Positions 48,568 to 59,530 of a stretch of DNA of 64,000 bases are shown here, one piece after another. Both the position numbers and the translations under genes were made by a program. The notes beneath the pieces are model-generated. The model searched no databases. It was not told where the DNA came from and saw nothing but the letters and a program-made list of their open reading frames with translations. The stretch comes from Thiotrichaceae bacterium UBA5859 (GTDB lineage Bacteria; Pseudomonadota; Gammaproteobacteria; UBA5859): positions 1,643 through 65,642 of the forward strand of contig DJFZ01000055.1 in assembly GCA_002432655.1 (NCBI GenBank), written 5' to 3'. Each line of letters starts with the position of its first letter. The first letter of the stretch is position 1.

Positions 48568-50022
48568 CTAAATGTTTCGCACACTCACCTTAGGCAGATT
48601 TTCGGTTTCTTTTTCTTTAAACTCTCCTGCCCCCATACCCAATTGATCAGGGAAGAAGAACTGCACATCTAGATCAATTTCTTGAAAGTCTTTAGGTAGT
48701 TCGTAGACATCGAAACCTGCCCTGGGATACGCACCTGGAAAATTTTCAAATTTCATTTCATCATTCGGATCATCTACATATAGTAGTTTAACGCCCACAG
48801 GAAAGGTCTCTGGTATATTGATTCTGGCAAATACGTCCCAACCGTAAGGACTAGATAACCATAGCCAAGAACGTTCACGATCGATGTCTAAATTCTTTTC
48901 AAAATCACTTAGTTTCCCGTCGACAATGCCCCAGGCGTTAACATCCGGGGAAATGGCAGAATTAAAACGTGCACCGGTCTGCTCGTTAAAATCTAATGCA
49001 ATATAGATGTGAGGCTCCACCAGAAAACGAGTCAAAATATCTGCTCCGGGGATATTAATTCGCGCCTTAAACCCAAGCATTTGATCAAAAATATTCATCT
49101 GTGCACGAATTTTAAATACAGGCACTTTGGCAACCACCACAGTCAATTTAATGATAACGTTGGTTTTTACGGGCCCGCTCACAGCGCCTACCGGCACAGC
49201 TTTAATATCTTCAAAAGTGTTGAGATTAACTCTGGGCGCGAATCTCGTTAATACGCCGGTATCTATTTCTGCAAACACAGAATCCAATACTCTAGCGCCG
49301 GCCATGGGTCCAATCAAAGGATAAAAATCTTCGAAATTGAGAAAATTTTTGGTATCAGTATCAAATCCGTAAAAGGTGGTTTTAGCAGCGGAAGTTTCGA
49401 AATCGTAAGTCACATAGCTGACTTCGGAACGTTGAGAAGACCCCTTCACAATGTATATGTATCTCTTATTACCGTCCCGCTCTAATTCTACTTCTTTGAC
49501 AATATCTAAACCGGTTTCTCCAGCCGTGGAGAGGTGCTCGCCGGTATCACGGTACATAAACACCAATTGATCGTTCTTATCTAAAATGCCTAATGTGCCG
49601 TCTATCTTGCCTTCACCTTCTAAATAAACCCAACCCTTAGTATCGTATTCATCAAATTGAAAGGGAATGGGGATCACTTTCCCATCTCGAATGGTCACTA
49701 CAGACAATTGCTCTAGTGATTCACCTAATAAATCTCCCAATTCTTCTCCCCGTAACTCAACTGGATATAAATAGGTAAAGTGGCTAAACCCCATTTCTGC
49801 GATTGCACTGGAAAGTTGTTCTGGAGAGAGTTGCGTCATTAATTCGCTATTCTTAGCGAGATAAGTTGGATCTTTCTTGTATTCTTTTAATAAAGATTGA
49901 AACTGTTCATCGGGCAAGTACTCAAATTTTGCTTGAATGCCCGGCGAGATGAGAAATACAGATAAAGAAAAAAACCAAGCATAACGACTTGCAAAAATTG
50001 ATTTAGATATTTTTTTTCTCAT
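48568..50022 (-). CDS. Hypothetical secreted protein, 484 aa. Possibly a DUF1329/LolA-like beta-rich protein.
   Basis: N-terminal signal peptide. Beta-rich composition with aromatic residues at alternating positions. No catalytic motif. Confidence 0.45.
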   Translation of the reverse strand: MRKKISKSIFASRYAWFFSLSVFLISPGIQAKFEYLPDEQFQSLLKEYKKDPTYLAKNSELMTQLSPEQLSSAIAEMGFSHFTYLYPVELRGEELGDLLGESLEQLSVVTIRDGKVIPIPFQFDEYDTKGWVYLEGEGKIDGTLGILDKNDQLVFMYRDTGEHLSTAGETGLDIVKEVELERDGNKRYIYIVKGSSQRSEVSYVTYDFETSAAKTTFYGFDTDTKNFLNFEDFYPLIGPMAGARVLDSVFAEIDTGVLTRFAPRVNLNTFEDIKAVPVGAVSGPVKTNVIIKLTVVVAKVPVFKIRAQMNIFDQMLGFKARINIPGADILTRFLVEPHIYIALDFNEQTGARFNSAISPDVNAWGIVDGKLSDFEKNLDIDRERSWLWLSSPYGWDVFARINIPETFPVGVKLLYVDDPNDEMKFENFPGAYPRAGFDVYELPKDFQEIDLDVQFFFPDQLGMGAGEFKEKETENLPKVSVRNI

Positions 50023-50278
50023 TTTTGGCCATCCTCAAAATTAATAATTGACATTAGTGACGATGCATCTTTAGCTACAGAATAAAAGGTCCATAGTCAA
50101 TATTGGACTGTTTATTCCCTACTAATTAGTCTGCTAATAGACTACTGCAATTTTTTTATTTAGAACTACTATTTATTTTTGATTCAATTCAACAGGCGAA
50201 AATTCTACGCATGTCACGCTAAAATCGCCAACATTTGTATTTATTGAACGTTAAACAAAAGCGGCCGTTGGACCATAC

Positions 50279-51907
50279 TTAATTCTCATTGGTGGAATAC
50301 ACTAAAAACACATTACCAGCTTTCTCACCAAAGATTTTATAACCGGAATTGACATACAGCTGGTTTCCCACGATCACCGGACCATCTGCATCCAAAGAAC
50401 CACCTTTACCGATCTTGCCATCAGTGGTTGGTACTTCCGCTGTCGTATCCACTTGCCAAAGCACCTTACCGTTAACCGCGTCATACGCACGTAAATGACC
50501 GTCCAGTGCCCCGGAGAAGATCACACCCGGAATCGCGCTCGGTGCGGCTGACAGTCCAGGATCACACTCTTCTCTATTTTCACAGATTGGCAGTGACGGC
50601 GTCTCCCACAAGACAGACCCATCTGTTGGAGACAGAGCATACAGACCAGGCACCTTGCTCATGCTCGGATCTTCCGGAAGTGGCGCATTTAAGCCGGGAA
50701 TTTCCTGAAGATAATCGGAAACTGGCACATATAAGCGCTCGCCATCAAAAGTTAACCCCCAGTGGATACCACCTAGTGCACCGCCCCGGCCGACGCGTTT
50801 TTGCCAGATGAGTTGACCACCGTTATCCGGATCTAATGCGTAAACAACGCCATTCTTTTGCCCTGCAAATATCATATCTTTGCCATTTGCCAAGGTTGCG
50901 AGTAATGGGGAAGCACCAAAATCCAAGTCTAATCCTGGGTTCTCAGGACAGTTAATTGCACCAGGTAGTGCGCAACCAAAATTCCAGGCATCATTGCTCG
51001 TGGCTTGGAACACCCACTTCATTTCCCCGTTTTTAAGATCCATTGCCAATATCGCATCACTGGTATTGGTGGCAGGATGGGAATAATTTTCACCTGTACC
51101 GACATACAATAGGCCGCGTTTTTCGTCTATGGTGGGACTGTTCCAGATGGGCGCTCCAGATGGCCCATACTGTGAAACAAACAATTTATTTCTTCCTTGT
51201 TTCGTAGGTGCCTCCGACACGTACTGTTGCCATATTATTTCACCCGATTTTGCATCTAAGGCGGCAACAGAGCCGCGAAATTTACAGCAGCTGTAAAACG
51301 GTATCGCCGGTAATGCTACCTCAAAGGACGAGACTGGTACGTAAAGTATGCCATTGTGGAGCGTGGGAGAACCAGTGATAGTTGCGGCAATGTGATCATC
51401 AAGGGAGGTCTTCCATACTCTCTCTCCAGTTGCGGCCCGCACCGCATGTGCATTGCCAAAAAAATCGCCAAAGAAAAGTAGTCTCTCCCCTCCAGCTCCA
51501 GCATAACCAATAGAAATCGCTGTTCTGATTTCCGGGCTAATACCGAATCCGTCACTAGTTTTATACTGCCAGCGTATACAACCTGTTTCTCTGTCTAAGG
51601 CGTAGAGCTTACCCTTCTGGCTACCAACAAATATCGTGTCCTCCGTTATCGCTGGTTGAGAACGCGCTTTATTTGCACGTGGGAAACGAAATGCCCATTT
51701 TAGGGTGAGCTTGGAGACCGAGTCTTTATCGATAGCAACTGTGTCACTATCTAAGTAGCGTGTGTTAGTAGGTGTGAATCCCCAACCACTAGCCAAAATT
51801 TTTGCGGTGTCATTGTAGTTTTGGTTGGTTTGTTCTGAACATAATTTGGCGGATACAGAAAAACTAAAAGTAACAGAAAATACAGCTAGAATAATTCTAT
51901 TCAACAT
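50279..51907 (-). CDS. PQQ-like beta-propeller repeat protein. Putative secreted quinoprotein-like dehydrogenase, not an MxaF/XoxF-type methanol dehydrogenase.
   Basis: Signal peptide. Repeated W-x-Y/W propeller blades (KLYALDRETGCIRWQYK, GEIIWQQY, GEMKWVFQ, GQLIWQKR, GSVLWETP, GKVLWQV). It lacks the MDH signature motif and the vicinal Cys-Cys. Confidence 0.6.
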   Translation of the reverse strand: MLNRIILAVFSVTFSFSVSAKLCSEQTNQNYNDTAKILASGWGFTPTNTRYLDSDTVAIDKDSVSKLTLKWAFRFPRANKARSQPAITEDTIFVGSQKGKLYALDRETGCIRWQYKTSDGFGISPEIRTAISIGYAGAGGERLLFFGDFFGNAHAVRAATGERVWKTSLDDHIAATITGSPTLHNGILYVPVSSFEVALPAIPFYSCCKFRGSVAALDAKSGEIIWQQYVSEAPTKQGRNKLFVSQYGPSGAPIWNSPTIDEKRGLLYVGTGENYSHPATNTSDAILAMDLKNGEMKWVFQATSNDAWNFGCALPGAINCPENPGLDLDFGASPLLATLANGKDMIFAGQKNGVVYALDPDNGGQLIWQKRVGRGGALGGIHWGLTFDGERLYVPVSDYLQEIPGLNAPLPEDPSMSKVPGLYALSPTDGSVLWETPSLPICENREECDPGLSAAPSAIPGVIFSGALDGHLRAYDAVNGKVLWQVDTTAEVPTTDGKIGKGGSLDADGPVIVGNQLYVNSGYKIFGEKAGNVFLVYSTNEN

Positions 51908-51968
51908 GACCTCGGCTCCTTGGGCAAACTGAACTTAGTATTATGATTATAAGTTTGCTTAAAGATAC

Positions 51969-53072
51969 CTAAATTTTATCTTGATTGATAGAATTAATCT
52001 CATCACAGGCCTGCAATGCAGCAGCCTCTGATCCAAGCACAATAGAGAGCCACTTAGTTGTGGGCTGTTCTTCCAATCCTACTTTTAATGCCATCGTTAG
52101 GGGCACAGAAAGCAACATGCCTACTGGACCTAATATCCAACCCCAAAATACTAATGAGAGAAAAACCACCAGTGTCGATAGGCCCAAACCTTTGCCCATC
52201 ACCCGAGGCTCGAGAATATTTCCCATGAATACATTAACTAATAGAAAACCACCAGCTACTGCGAGCGCCTGACCGACACCCAGTTGAACCAGTGCCAGAA
52301 GCACCGCCGGAAAGGCAGCAATAATGGAGCCTAGGTTGGGAATATAATTAAGCAAAAAGGCCACTAATCCCCAAAGTAATGCGTAGTCGACTCCCAATAT
52401 CAACAGCCAGACGGCGATGATGGCTCCGGTGGCCAGGCTGATAACTGTTTTAATCGCCAGGTAGTGACGAACGTTCACTAATATCTTTTTAAATTGCTGG
52501 AAGGAATCTTCTGAAGAACCGAAGATTGCCTTAATTTTAGCCGGATAACTTGTTATCTCCAGTAATATAAACACTACTGCCAATATAATTAGAAAAGCAT
52601 TCGTCAGCACACCTCCTAATTCAGTTAAGGTGCTGGCCACCACTTGCATGGCCACGGCGGGGTTAAAGTATTCAAACACCAATTCGTTGGAAATACGAAT
52701 ACCGAACCGTGATAACCAGTTAATAATATCGTCAAATATCATTTGCAATCTTTGTTGGTATAGAGGTAGATCCTCAGAGAACCCAGCCAGGGAAGTACCT
52801 ATCAACGCGCCCACCATGAGAAAAATAAATACTGACGCGATTAAAATTAGGCTTAAAGAAATTGAAGTGGGTATACCTTTGCTGTTTAACCAGATATAGG
52901 GGGGAGCAAATATAACCGCTAGAAATATGGATAATATAAACGGTACTACGATCGGTTGGGCCATGCGCATCCCAGCAATAATAATGATTAAGTAGGCCAA
53001 AACAGACAATACTTTTAAGGTGGTGCTTCCAGAATCATGATCATTAGGTTGCATAAGATTTATATCAATCAA
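51969..53072 (-). CDS. AI-2E family transporter (PerM/YhhT-like).
   Basis: 367 aa, 7-8 TM. AI-2E family pattern (NYIPNLGSIIAAFPAVLLAL...). Confidence 0.8.
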   Translation of the reverse strand: MIDINLMQPNDHDSGSTTLKVLSVLAYLIIIIAGMRMAQPIVVPFILSIFLAVIFAPPYIWLNSKGIPTSISLSLILIASVFIFLMVGALIGTSLAGFSEDLPLYQQRLQMIFDDIINWLSRFGIRISNELVFEYFNPAVAMQVVASTLTELGGVLTNAFLIILAVVFILLEITSYPAKIKAIFGSSEDSFQQFKKILVNVRHYLAIKTVISLATGAIIAVWLLILGVDYALLWGLVAFLLNYIPNLGSIIAAFPAVLLALVQLGVGQALAVAGGFLLVNVFMGNILEPRVMGKGLGLSTLVVFLSLVFWGWILGPVGMLLSVPLTMALKVGLEEQPTTKWLSIVLGSEAAALQACDEINSINQDKI

Positions 53073-53095
53073 TGTGATGCCGCAGGGCGTTTGAA

Positions 53096-55006
53096 TTAAG
53101 GTAAATCTAGATCTAAAACTTCGTTTAGTAGCTGTTTCAATTGTTGTGTGGTAAATGGTTTTTGTAAGAAACCAGAGATACCTTCATTGCGAAATTGTTG
53201 CATGGATTCTTGTTCAGTAAAACCACTCATGAGTAATACTTGGATTGCTGGATCGATCTCCTTTAGGGCGTGATAGGTCTCCACGCCGTTCATACGAGGC
53301 ATGGTCAAATCTAGGATCACTGCCGAAAATTCCGGATTTGATCGATAAAGTTCTACAGCTTGCTCGCCACTATTCACCATTTGGGTCCTTAACCCGAAAG
53401 ATTCAAGCATACGTACTGTAACAATTGCCACCGTTTCTTCATCATCAACCACCAGTATGGCATCACCTTGAGCATCTAAATCACTGGCGATAACTCTGCT
53501 CGTTTCGGCAATTTGAGCGACTGCGGGTAATAATATTTTTATTTTGGTACCTGCGCCTAATTCACTACTGACTTGAATGGCACCTTGGTGCGCACGCACG
53601 ATCCCCAACACAGCTGCTAATCCAAGCCCTCGCCCACCCGGTTTGGTGGAAAAGAAAGGATCAAATAATTTTTCTTGAGCAGGTTCGGTCAAACCAACAC
53701 CGTTATCCTCAACTTCCAAAAATACAAAGTCACCTGAAAAACTTTCTGGTGAATAGATCATCGTACTCGCGTCGTGACTTGTCACCCGTTGCATTCCGGT
53801 ACTCAAGCGAATCACGCCACTTCTGTGGCCAATAGCATCTGACGCGTTAGTGACCAAGTTCAAGAAAATTTGTCGTATTTGAGTGGCATCTGCCGAAATG
53901 TTCGGCAAACCCTCCTTCAGACAAAAATCTACAATAATTCCTTTATTCACTGACAACTTCAATAACTGTTTGCAATCTCGTAATAGGTTATTAATGTTTT
54001 GCGGTTGCACAAAATACTTGCCTTTGCCCGCGTAGGCTAACATCTGTTTACACAATTCTGCTGCGCGAATCGCGGAAGTCTCTATTTGCTCTAAATGGGA
54101 CTCCAATCGAGATTCTGGCTCCAACTGCATACGCGCTAAGTTTGCATTACCAAGAATACCGGTCAAAATATTGTTAAACTCATGGGCAATCCCCCCCGCT
54201 AGCATGCCTAGGCTTTCATACTTTTGCCCTTCTTGCATTTTCTTTGACATCATACGCCGGACATCTTCCGACACTTTCCTATCGGTAATATCCTGCAGCG
54301 TGCCGTTGATGCGTACCAGCTCACCAAACTCGTTTGTCTCTCTCTCAAGATTAGTGTAAACCCAACTCCAGCCATAGGCGCCGTGAAATATTCTAAATTC
54401 GATACTGGATATCTCTGAACCTTGCTTAATATTCTCTAAAGCTTGCCTCAGTTGCTCTCTGTCTTCTTCGTGTACCTTTTCTAAAATATTGTCGATGGTT
54501 AGGGGGCCACTGGTAAAATCCAATCCAAAGTGTTCGAATCCGTTGCCCAGAAACATGCGTTCCCCATTGGCTACATCGATAGTCCAGTTAAAGATTTTCA
54601 TGCGCTGAAAACCGCGCTCTAGGTTTCTTTCTCGCTCTATAGTTTCCTGGGAAGCACTATCTCCTGGCACAATGGTGATACATGCAGCTAATTTATCTTG
54701 AAAACTAATTGCTTGTGCAAAGGCTCGAGCCCACCTGCACTCCCCATCCCCAGGTTTTACCTTCACAATAAATGGATTGGCGGGAACAGGGTTCGACACC
54801 AATTGCTGCAGAACTTCAGCGATTCCGCTGGTACCAAAATCTATGATGAGATCTTGAAGGTATGACTGCTCCAGCTCCTCTTGAGACAAGCCAGTAAATT
54901 TTGACGCACCGCAATTCGCAAGCAGGATTTGCAAACTTTCCGGATCAACGACTACGTAAAGATGATGGGAGTTATCGAGAACAGTCCCGAAATAGGCTTC
55001 GTTCAT
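53096..55006 (-). CDS. PAS-domain hybrid sensor histidine kinase with C-terminal receiver.
   Basis: Two PAS/PAC regions. Intact H-box (IAHEFNNILTGILGNANLA). HATPase N/G boxes (NLVTNASDAI, DNGVGL, GGRGLGLA). Receiver domain (ILVVDDEETV..., DLTMPRMNG). Confidence 0.85.
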   Translation of the reverse strand: MNEAYFGTVLDNSHHLYVVVDPESLQILLANCGASKFTGLSQEELEQSYLQDLIIDFGTSGIAEVLQQLVSNPVPANPFIVKVKPGDGECRWARAFAQAISFQDKLAACITIVPGDSASQETIERERNLERGFQRMKIFNWTIDVANGERMFLGNGFEHFGLDFTSGPLTIDNILEKVHEEDREQLRQALENIKQGSEISSIEFRIFHGAYGWSWVYTNLERETNEFGELVRINGTLQDITDRKVSEDVRRMMSKKMQEGQKYESLGMLAGGIAHEFNNILTGILGNANLARMQLEPESRLESHLEQIETSAIRAAELCKQMLAYAGKGKYFVQPQNINNLLRDCKQLLKLSVNKGIIVDFCLKEGLPNISADATQIRQIFLNLVTNASDAIGHRSGVIRLSTGMQRVTSHDASTMIYSPESFSGDFVFLEVEDNGVGLTEPAQEKLFDPFFSTKPGGRGLGLAAVLGIVRAHQGAIQVSSELGAGTKIKILLPAVAQIAETSRVIASDLDAQGDAILVVDDEETVAIVTVRMLESFGLRTQMVNSGEQAVELYRSNPEFSAVILDLTMPRMNGVETYHALKEIDPAIQVLLMSGFTEQESMQQFRNEGISGFLQKPFTTQQLKQLLNEVLDLDLP

Positions 55007-55167
55007 GGATCTGGGATTCGTGTTTCTGAATTTGACTTAAACGCCGATCTAAACTTAACTGAATAATTTGGATACCCGAACGGCACAGGATGGGTAGTTC
55101 AATTAGTACACTCAGCAGCTTAGCTATGTTCAATTCGAGAAGCAAGTATTCTAACTAGTTCTGGTGA

Positions 55168-55940
55168 TTAAAATTCTTCAGACAGCTGGTAGAGCAAGTC
55201 CTGAACCTCTCCTATTATCACTTCCAAATGCTCCAAATCCAAGTCTAGGACGTCAAGAATCATATCACAAGAGCGCTGCCATTCAATATCTGCCAGGCAA
55301 TTCTGGCACTCTTTGCAATGATGTATCGACAGGTTGAGAATACCCACATATGAATTGTATTGTTTGGCATCCTTTCCCTCTAAGAACATAGTTTCAGAAT
55401 CGTGATGATTTCGAATCATGTGGCAAATTGACATCGGTAACGCTCAGAATTTAGCGACCATATAACCCACAAACGCGTGGTTCGTGTCATATTGTGCATC
55501 TTCCAAACTCACGAGACTGTCTTCTAAGTCAAATATATCTTCGTGGATTAAATCTTGATAGCCAGGCAACCTTCCCTGCAAAATGGCGATACCACAATCC
55601 TAAAAGAGTCCAATGATAATGCTATCGACTAAAAAGTGATTGCGGGCCAGTTAGAGACTAACATTGGCCACATTGCTGGCGGTTTCCCAACACTCTTCAA
55701 AAGAACAGATAGATCTGCTGGCGATGTGCGTTTGATTGCAACACCCGTGACCAAATTGATCACCGTACGCAGTCCCAAAACCACAACGGCATGCTTGATG
55801 GATGTGATTTCCTTACACAGACCGTCATTCAGAAGAATTAACAATTTTCAAGACTCCAGCAGCTATAGAAACATCTGGATGTATCAGACTAGTGATCTTC
55901 TCAATGTCGGGGTGATCTATCGCATTTTCCTTTCTTAGAT
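55168..55940 (-). pseudogene. Decayed HDOD-domain signalling gene upstream of the hybrid kinase. Two frameshifts and one in-frame TGA.
   Basis: Minus-strand translations in three pieces give HDOD-like sequence (…DHPDIEKITSLIHPDVSIAAGVLKIVNSSE* / LNDGLCKEITSIKHAVVVLGLRTVINL… / …YDTNHAFVGYMVAKF-TGA-ALPMSICHM…). Pieces two and three share a frame and are separated by TGA at 55444-55446. Piece one is in a different frame. Confidence 0.45.
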
Positions 55941-56212
55941 CTGCCAAATTTCCGCCTGAGGCCGGACTTCAATCCCCGACATTAGTTTACTGACCTCAGC
56001 TCGACTTTAAATATAATCTACACCATGGGCTATTTCCGCAGGTACAGCCACTGTCCTCATCGGGTTGCTGCGACAGAGGCAGCGAACACTGTCTAGATCT
56101 GCGGTCAATCAGGCACTAATCGTCACAAAAGGCAAATTTTAATGGTGACCAGGGGGCGAGAATATCGCTAATTTCGCAGTAATGAAATAAAACAGCCAAT
56201 CACATGCATGGT

Positions 56213-57385
56213 TTATTGGCTAGGTGGATAGACCGTTGGTATATAGCTCCTGTCTGTATTAACAAAGATATATTTCCAAGTGATGGCCAATGCCAGCAAG
56301 ACTGCTATTGCCGCGATGAAAAAAGTCTCTGAGGCCCCTAGCCTTTCCCATGCGTAACCACTGTATAGCGCCCCAGCGACACCGCCCAAACCAAATCCCA
56401 TACTACTGTATAACGCTTGTCCGCGACTCTGTGTGGGACCGACAAAATAGTGATGAATAAAACTGATAGCTACCGCATGACATGTACCGAAAGATACCGC
56501 GTGGAGTATCTGCGCCCCTAACAATAAAGGCAAACTTTGCACGCCGAACCCAATCAAAAGCCAGCGAACGGCAGAAAGCCACAAACTCCATAATAGGATA
56601 CGGCGAATACCCCACTTCAACATCCATCGGGGCATCAATAGAAAAATCACAATTTCCGCAATCACGCCAAGAGACCAAAGTACGCCAATCAAGTCTCCCC
56701 GGTAACCCGTAGACTCAAGGTAAATCGTATAGAAAGTGTAGTAAGGCCCATGAGCCATTTGTATCAGGAGATTAACCAGTAAAAATGCAATCACCTCCGG
56801 TCGGCGCAGAATCGGGCCAATTGAGGTATGACTATGTGACAGAGGAATTCTTTTAGGCCGCGCTACCATTAAACTGGCTACATAGATGGCGCAAAATAGT
56901 AAAAACAGAACATTCGGTAGAATAGAAATATGATAACGGTCAACCAACACGCCGAGCATCAGCGCCATCAGTACGAACCCGGCCGATCCCCATAATCTGA
57001 TTTGCGAATAGCGGTGCCCCTTATCCCCCAATTGGTTCATGGTAATAGTTTCGAACTGAGGTAATACGGCATTCCAAAAAAAACTGAATAGCGTCACCAC
57101 CATTAACATGGGCACAAAGCTTTGCACGACGAAAACAAGTGAAAATGACAGTGCTGCCAATAAGGAGCCCATTCTCACCATCGCCAAGTGCTGCTGTCGT
57201 CTGTCCGCTATCCAGGCCCATAGGTTTGGCGCTAGAATTTTTGTCAGCATTTGGACCGCGATGACTTGGCCGATTTGTGGTGGCGTAAAACCCAAATGAC
57301 TCAAATATAGCGCCCAAAAAGGTAACAGCGCACCTAAACTTGCAAAATAAGCAGCATAGAATGCCGCTAAACGCCAGCTAGGCAT
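56213..57385 (-). CDS. MFS transporter (HcaT/MFS_1_like type).
   Basis: 390 aa, 12 TM. Its start overlaps the aroC stop by 1 nt. Confidence 0.75.
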   Translation of the reverse strand: MPSWRLAAFYAAYFASLGALLPFWALYLSHLGFTPPQIGQVIAVQMLTKILAPNLWAWIADRRQQHLAMVRMGSLLAALSFSLVFVVQSFVPMLMVVTLFSFFWNAVLPQFETITMNQLGDKGHRYSQIRLWGSAGFVLMALMLGVLVDRYHISILPNVLFLLFCAIYVASLMVARPKRIPLSHSHTSIGPILRRPEVIAFLLVNLLIQMAHGPYYTFYTIYLESTGYRGDLIGVLWSLGVIAEIVIFLLMPRWMLKWGIRRILLWSLWLSAVRWLLIGFGVQSLPLLLGAQILHAVSFGTCHAVAISFIHHYFVGPTQSRGQALYSSMGFGLGGVAGALYSGYAWERLGASETFFIAAIAVLLALAITWKYIFVNTDRSYIPTVYPPSQ

Positions 57386-58485
57386 CAGTTGGCGGAAGCG
57401 GGGATAATTGGAGTTTGTAACTGAACTTCAGAGTTCTGGCCTCTATGACGCAACAGGTGATCCATAAGGACAATAGCTAACATTGCTTCGGCGATCGGTG
57501 TCGCGCGAATACCTACACAAGGATCATGCCTACCGGTAGTGATCACATCGTTATTTTTACCATTTATATCAATGGACTGAGCAGGTATTCTCAAGCTAGA
57601 AGTAGGTTTAAGCGCAATACTCACGAGGAGGTCCTGACCACTTGAGATACCACCAAGCACGCCTCCGGCATGATTGGATAGAAATCCCTCAGGGGTCATC
57701 AGATCTCTGTGTTCGGTGCCTTTTTGTTCTATACATTCAAAACCAGCGCCGATCTCCACCCCCTTTACTGCATTAATGCTCATCATGGCTTTGGCGATAT
57801 CCGCGTCGAGGCGATCGAAAACCGGCTCTCCTAAACCTGGGATCATACCAGTTGCCACCACATTAATTCTTGCGCCTATCGAGTCACCCGCTTTACGAAT
57901 GTGTTGAATATATTCTGCGAGCTTAGGCACCAAAGCAGCATCGGGACAGAAAAAATCATTTCTATCCACCTCCGACCAATCGAAATCTTGGATCTGATGC
58001 GGGCCGATCGCCGCCAGGTAACCTGAGATGCGTATCCCCACAGACTGCGCCAAGTATTTTTTGGCAATAGCCCCCGCCGCAACACGCATAGCCGTTTCCC
58101 GGGCAGAGGATCGCCCTCCTCCGCGATAGTCCCGCAAGCCATATTTTTGTTGATAGACATAGTCTGCATGGCCCGGTCTAAAACTGTCTTTAATTTTAGA
58201 ATAATCTTTCGAACGTTGATCCCTATTTTCAATCAGTAATCCGATTGGTGTACCAGTGGTATGCCCTTCGAATACGCCGGATAGGATCTTCACCTCATCG
58301 GTTTCCCGACGTTGTGTCGTATATTTCGATTGCCCTGGTTTGCGTCTGTCCAAATCTTTTTGCAAGTCAGTCTCTGTGAGTGCCATTCCAGGTGGACAGC
58401 CATCCACCACAGCGCCGAGCGCAGGCCCATGACTTTCGCCAAACGTGCTGACTTTAAACAAGTTCCCAAAACTACTACCGGCCAT
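57385..58485 (-). CDS. aroC: Chorismate synthase.
   Basis: N-terminal [18 protein letters not shown] and downstream signatures (RPGHADY..., GRHDPCVG). 366 aa. Confidence 0.9.
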   Translation of the reverse strand: MAGSSFGNLFKVSTFGESHGPALGAVVDGCPPGMALTETDLQKDLDRRKPGQSKYTTQRRETDEVKILSGVFEGHTTGTPIGLLIENRDQRSKDYSKIKDSFRPGHADYVYQQKYGLRDYRGGGRSSARETAMRVAAGAIAKKYLAQSVGIRISGYLAAIGPHQIQDFDWSEVDRNDFFCPDAALVPKLAEYIQHIRKAGDSIGARINVVATGMIPGLGEPVFDRLDADIAKAMMSINAVKGVEIGAGFECIEQKGTEHRDLMTPEGFLSNHAGGVLGGISSGQDLLVSIALKPTSSLRIPAQSIDINGKNNDVITTGRHDPCVGIRATPIAEAMLAIVLMDHLLRHRGQNSEVQLQTPIIPASAN

Positions 58486-58538
58486 GAGGTCTCCTTAGCG
58501 CCGAAATCATTAGGTTTTTAGCTGCCAACTTAAAGCGA

Positions 58539-59447
58539 CTATAGATGGTCAATCAAATCCTGTTTTTGAAGACAAAATACGCCCTCCCCACCGCGCTCAA
58601 AATCTAACCAATTGAAGGGCAACCTAGCAAAGTGTCGTTCCAGATTTTCACGGGAAAACCCCACTTCACATACTAATACTCCATTTTCAGTCAGGTAGTT
58701 AGGCGCGAATTCGATGATTTCCCGCACTATCTCCAATCCATTCTCGCCAGCGGCCAATCCTAAATCAGGCTCCCATCGAAACTCATCCGGTAACGCATTC
58801 ATCTCATCACTAGTGACATACGGGGGATTAGAGACAATCAAATCGTATTGCCTACCCTGCACGGGATCATAAAGATCCCCTAACAACAACTCGATTTGCT
58901 CTTCGGCATTGTGCTTGGAGATATTTTTTTGCGCAATTTCGAAGGCAGCCTCAGACAACTCAACTGCATCTACCATGGCATGGGGAAACCATGCCGCACA
59001 AGCCACGGCGATGCAACCACTGCCGGTACAGAGATCTAAAATTCGCTCAACGGCCTGAGGAATGACCCAAGGTTCAAACTGTTGTTCTATCAACTCTGCC
59101 ATCGGCGATCGAGGAATCACTACCTGCTCGTCCACATAGAATTCCATTCCTGCAAAAAAAGCCCTATTGACCAAGTAACAAACGGGCACTTTCTCCACAC
59201 AGCGGCGGCGAAACAACTCTGTGATTTTAAGTCTCTCTCTGGGCGTTAGCTTCGCCCCAGCATAGGCAGGCGGTAAATCATGAGGCAGGTAGAGCGCACC
59301 GAGAACCAGGGCGACTGCCTCGTCCCAAACGTTGTCAGTACCCTGTCCATAACAGAGCGGATATTGACTCATCTCGCTAGCACCCCAGCGGATGAAGTCT
59401 AAAATTGTCTCCAGACCATCTGGGGGTTGGATTTGTTCTATACTCAT
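58539..59447 (-). CDS. prmB: Ribosomal protein L3 N5-glutamine methyltransferase.
   Basis: From the internal Met (MSIEQIQ...) it is collinear with E. coli PrmB/YfcB. SAM motif DLCTGSGCIAVA and NPPY. The conserved prmB-aroC linkage is present. ORF track 58539..59543; the start was moved to 59447. Confidence 0.85.
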   Translation of the reverse strand: MSIEQIQPPDGLETILDFIRWGASEMSQYPLCYGQGTDNVWDEAVALVLGALYLPHDLPPAYAGAKLTPRERLKITELFRRRCVEKVPVCYLVNRAFFAGMEFYVDEQVVIPRSPMAELIEQQFEPWVIPQAVERILDLCTGSGCIAVACAAWFPHAMVDAVELSEAAFEIAQKNISKHNAEEQIELLLGDLYDPVQGRQYDLIVSNPPYVTSDEMNALPDEFRWEPDLGLAAGENGLEIVREIIEFAPNYLTENGVLVCEVGFSRENLERHFARLPFNWLDFERGGEGVFCLQKQDLIDHL

Positions 59448-59530
59448 GGGTGAAATTGCATCCAATAGAAGATAGAATTTGTTTTTAATTATAGTACAAT
59501 CAATAAGGTATGTCGTTAATTTAAAATAGT

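Noticed and set aside
55435-55446. In-frame TGA within the HDOD remnant as a possible selenocysteine codon
   Set aside because: No selenocysteine-insertion element (SECIS-like hairpin) follows immediately downstream. The gene also carries frameshifts, so a nonsense mutation in a decaying gene is the simpler explanation.
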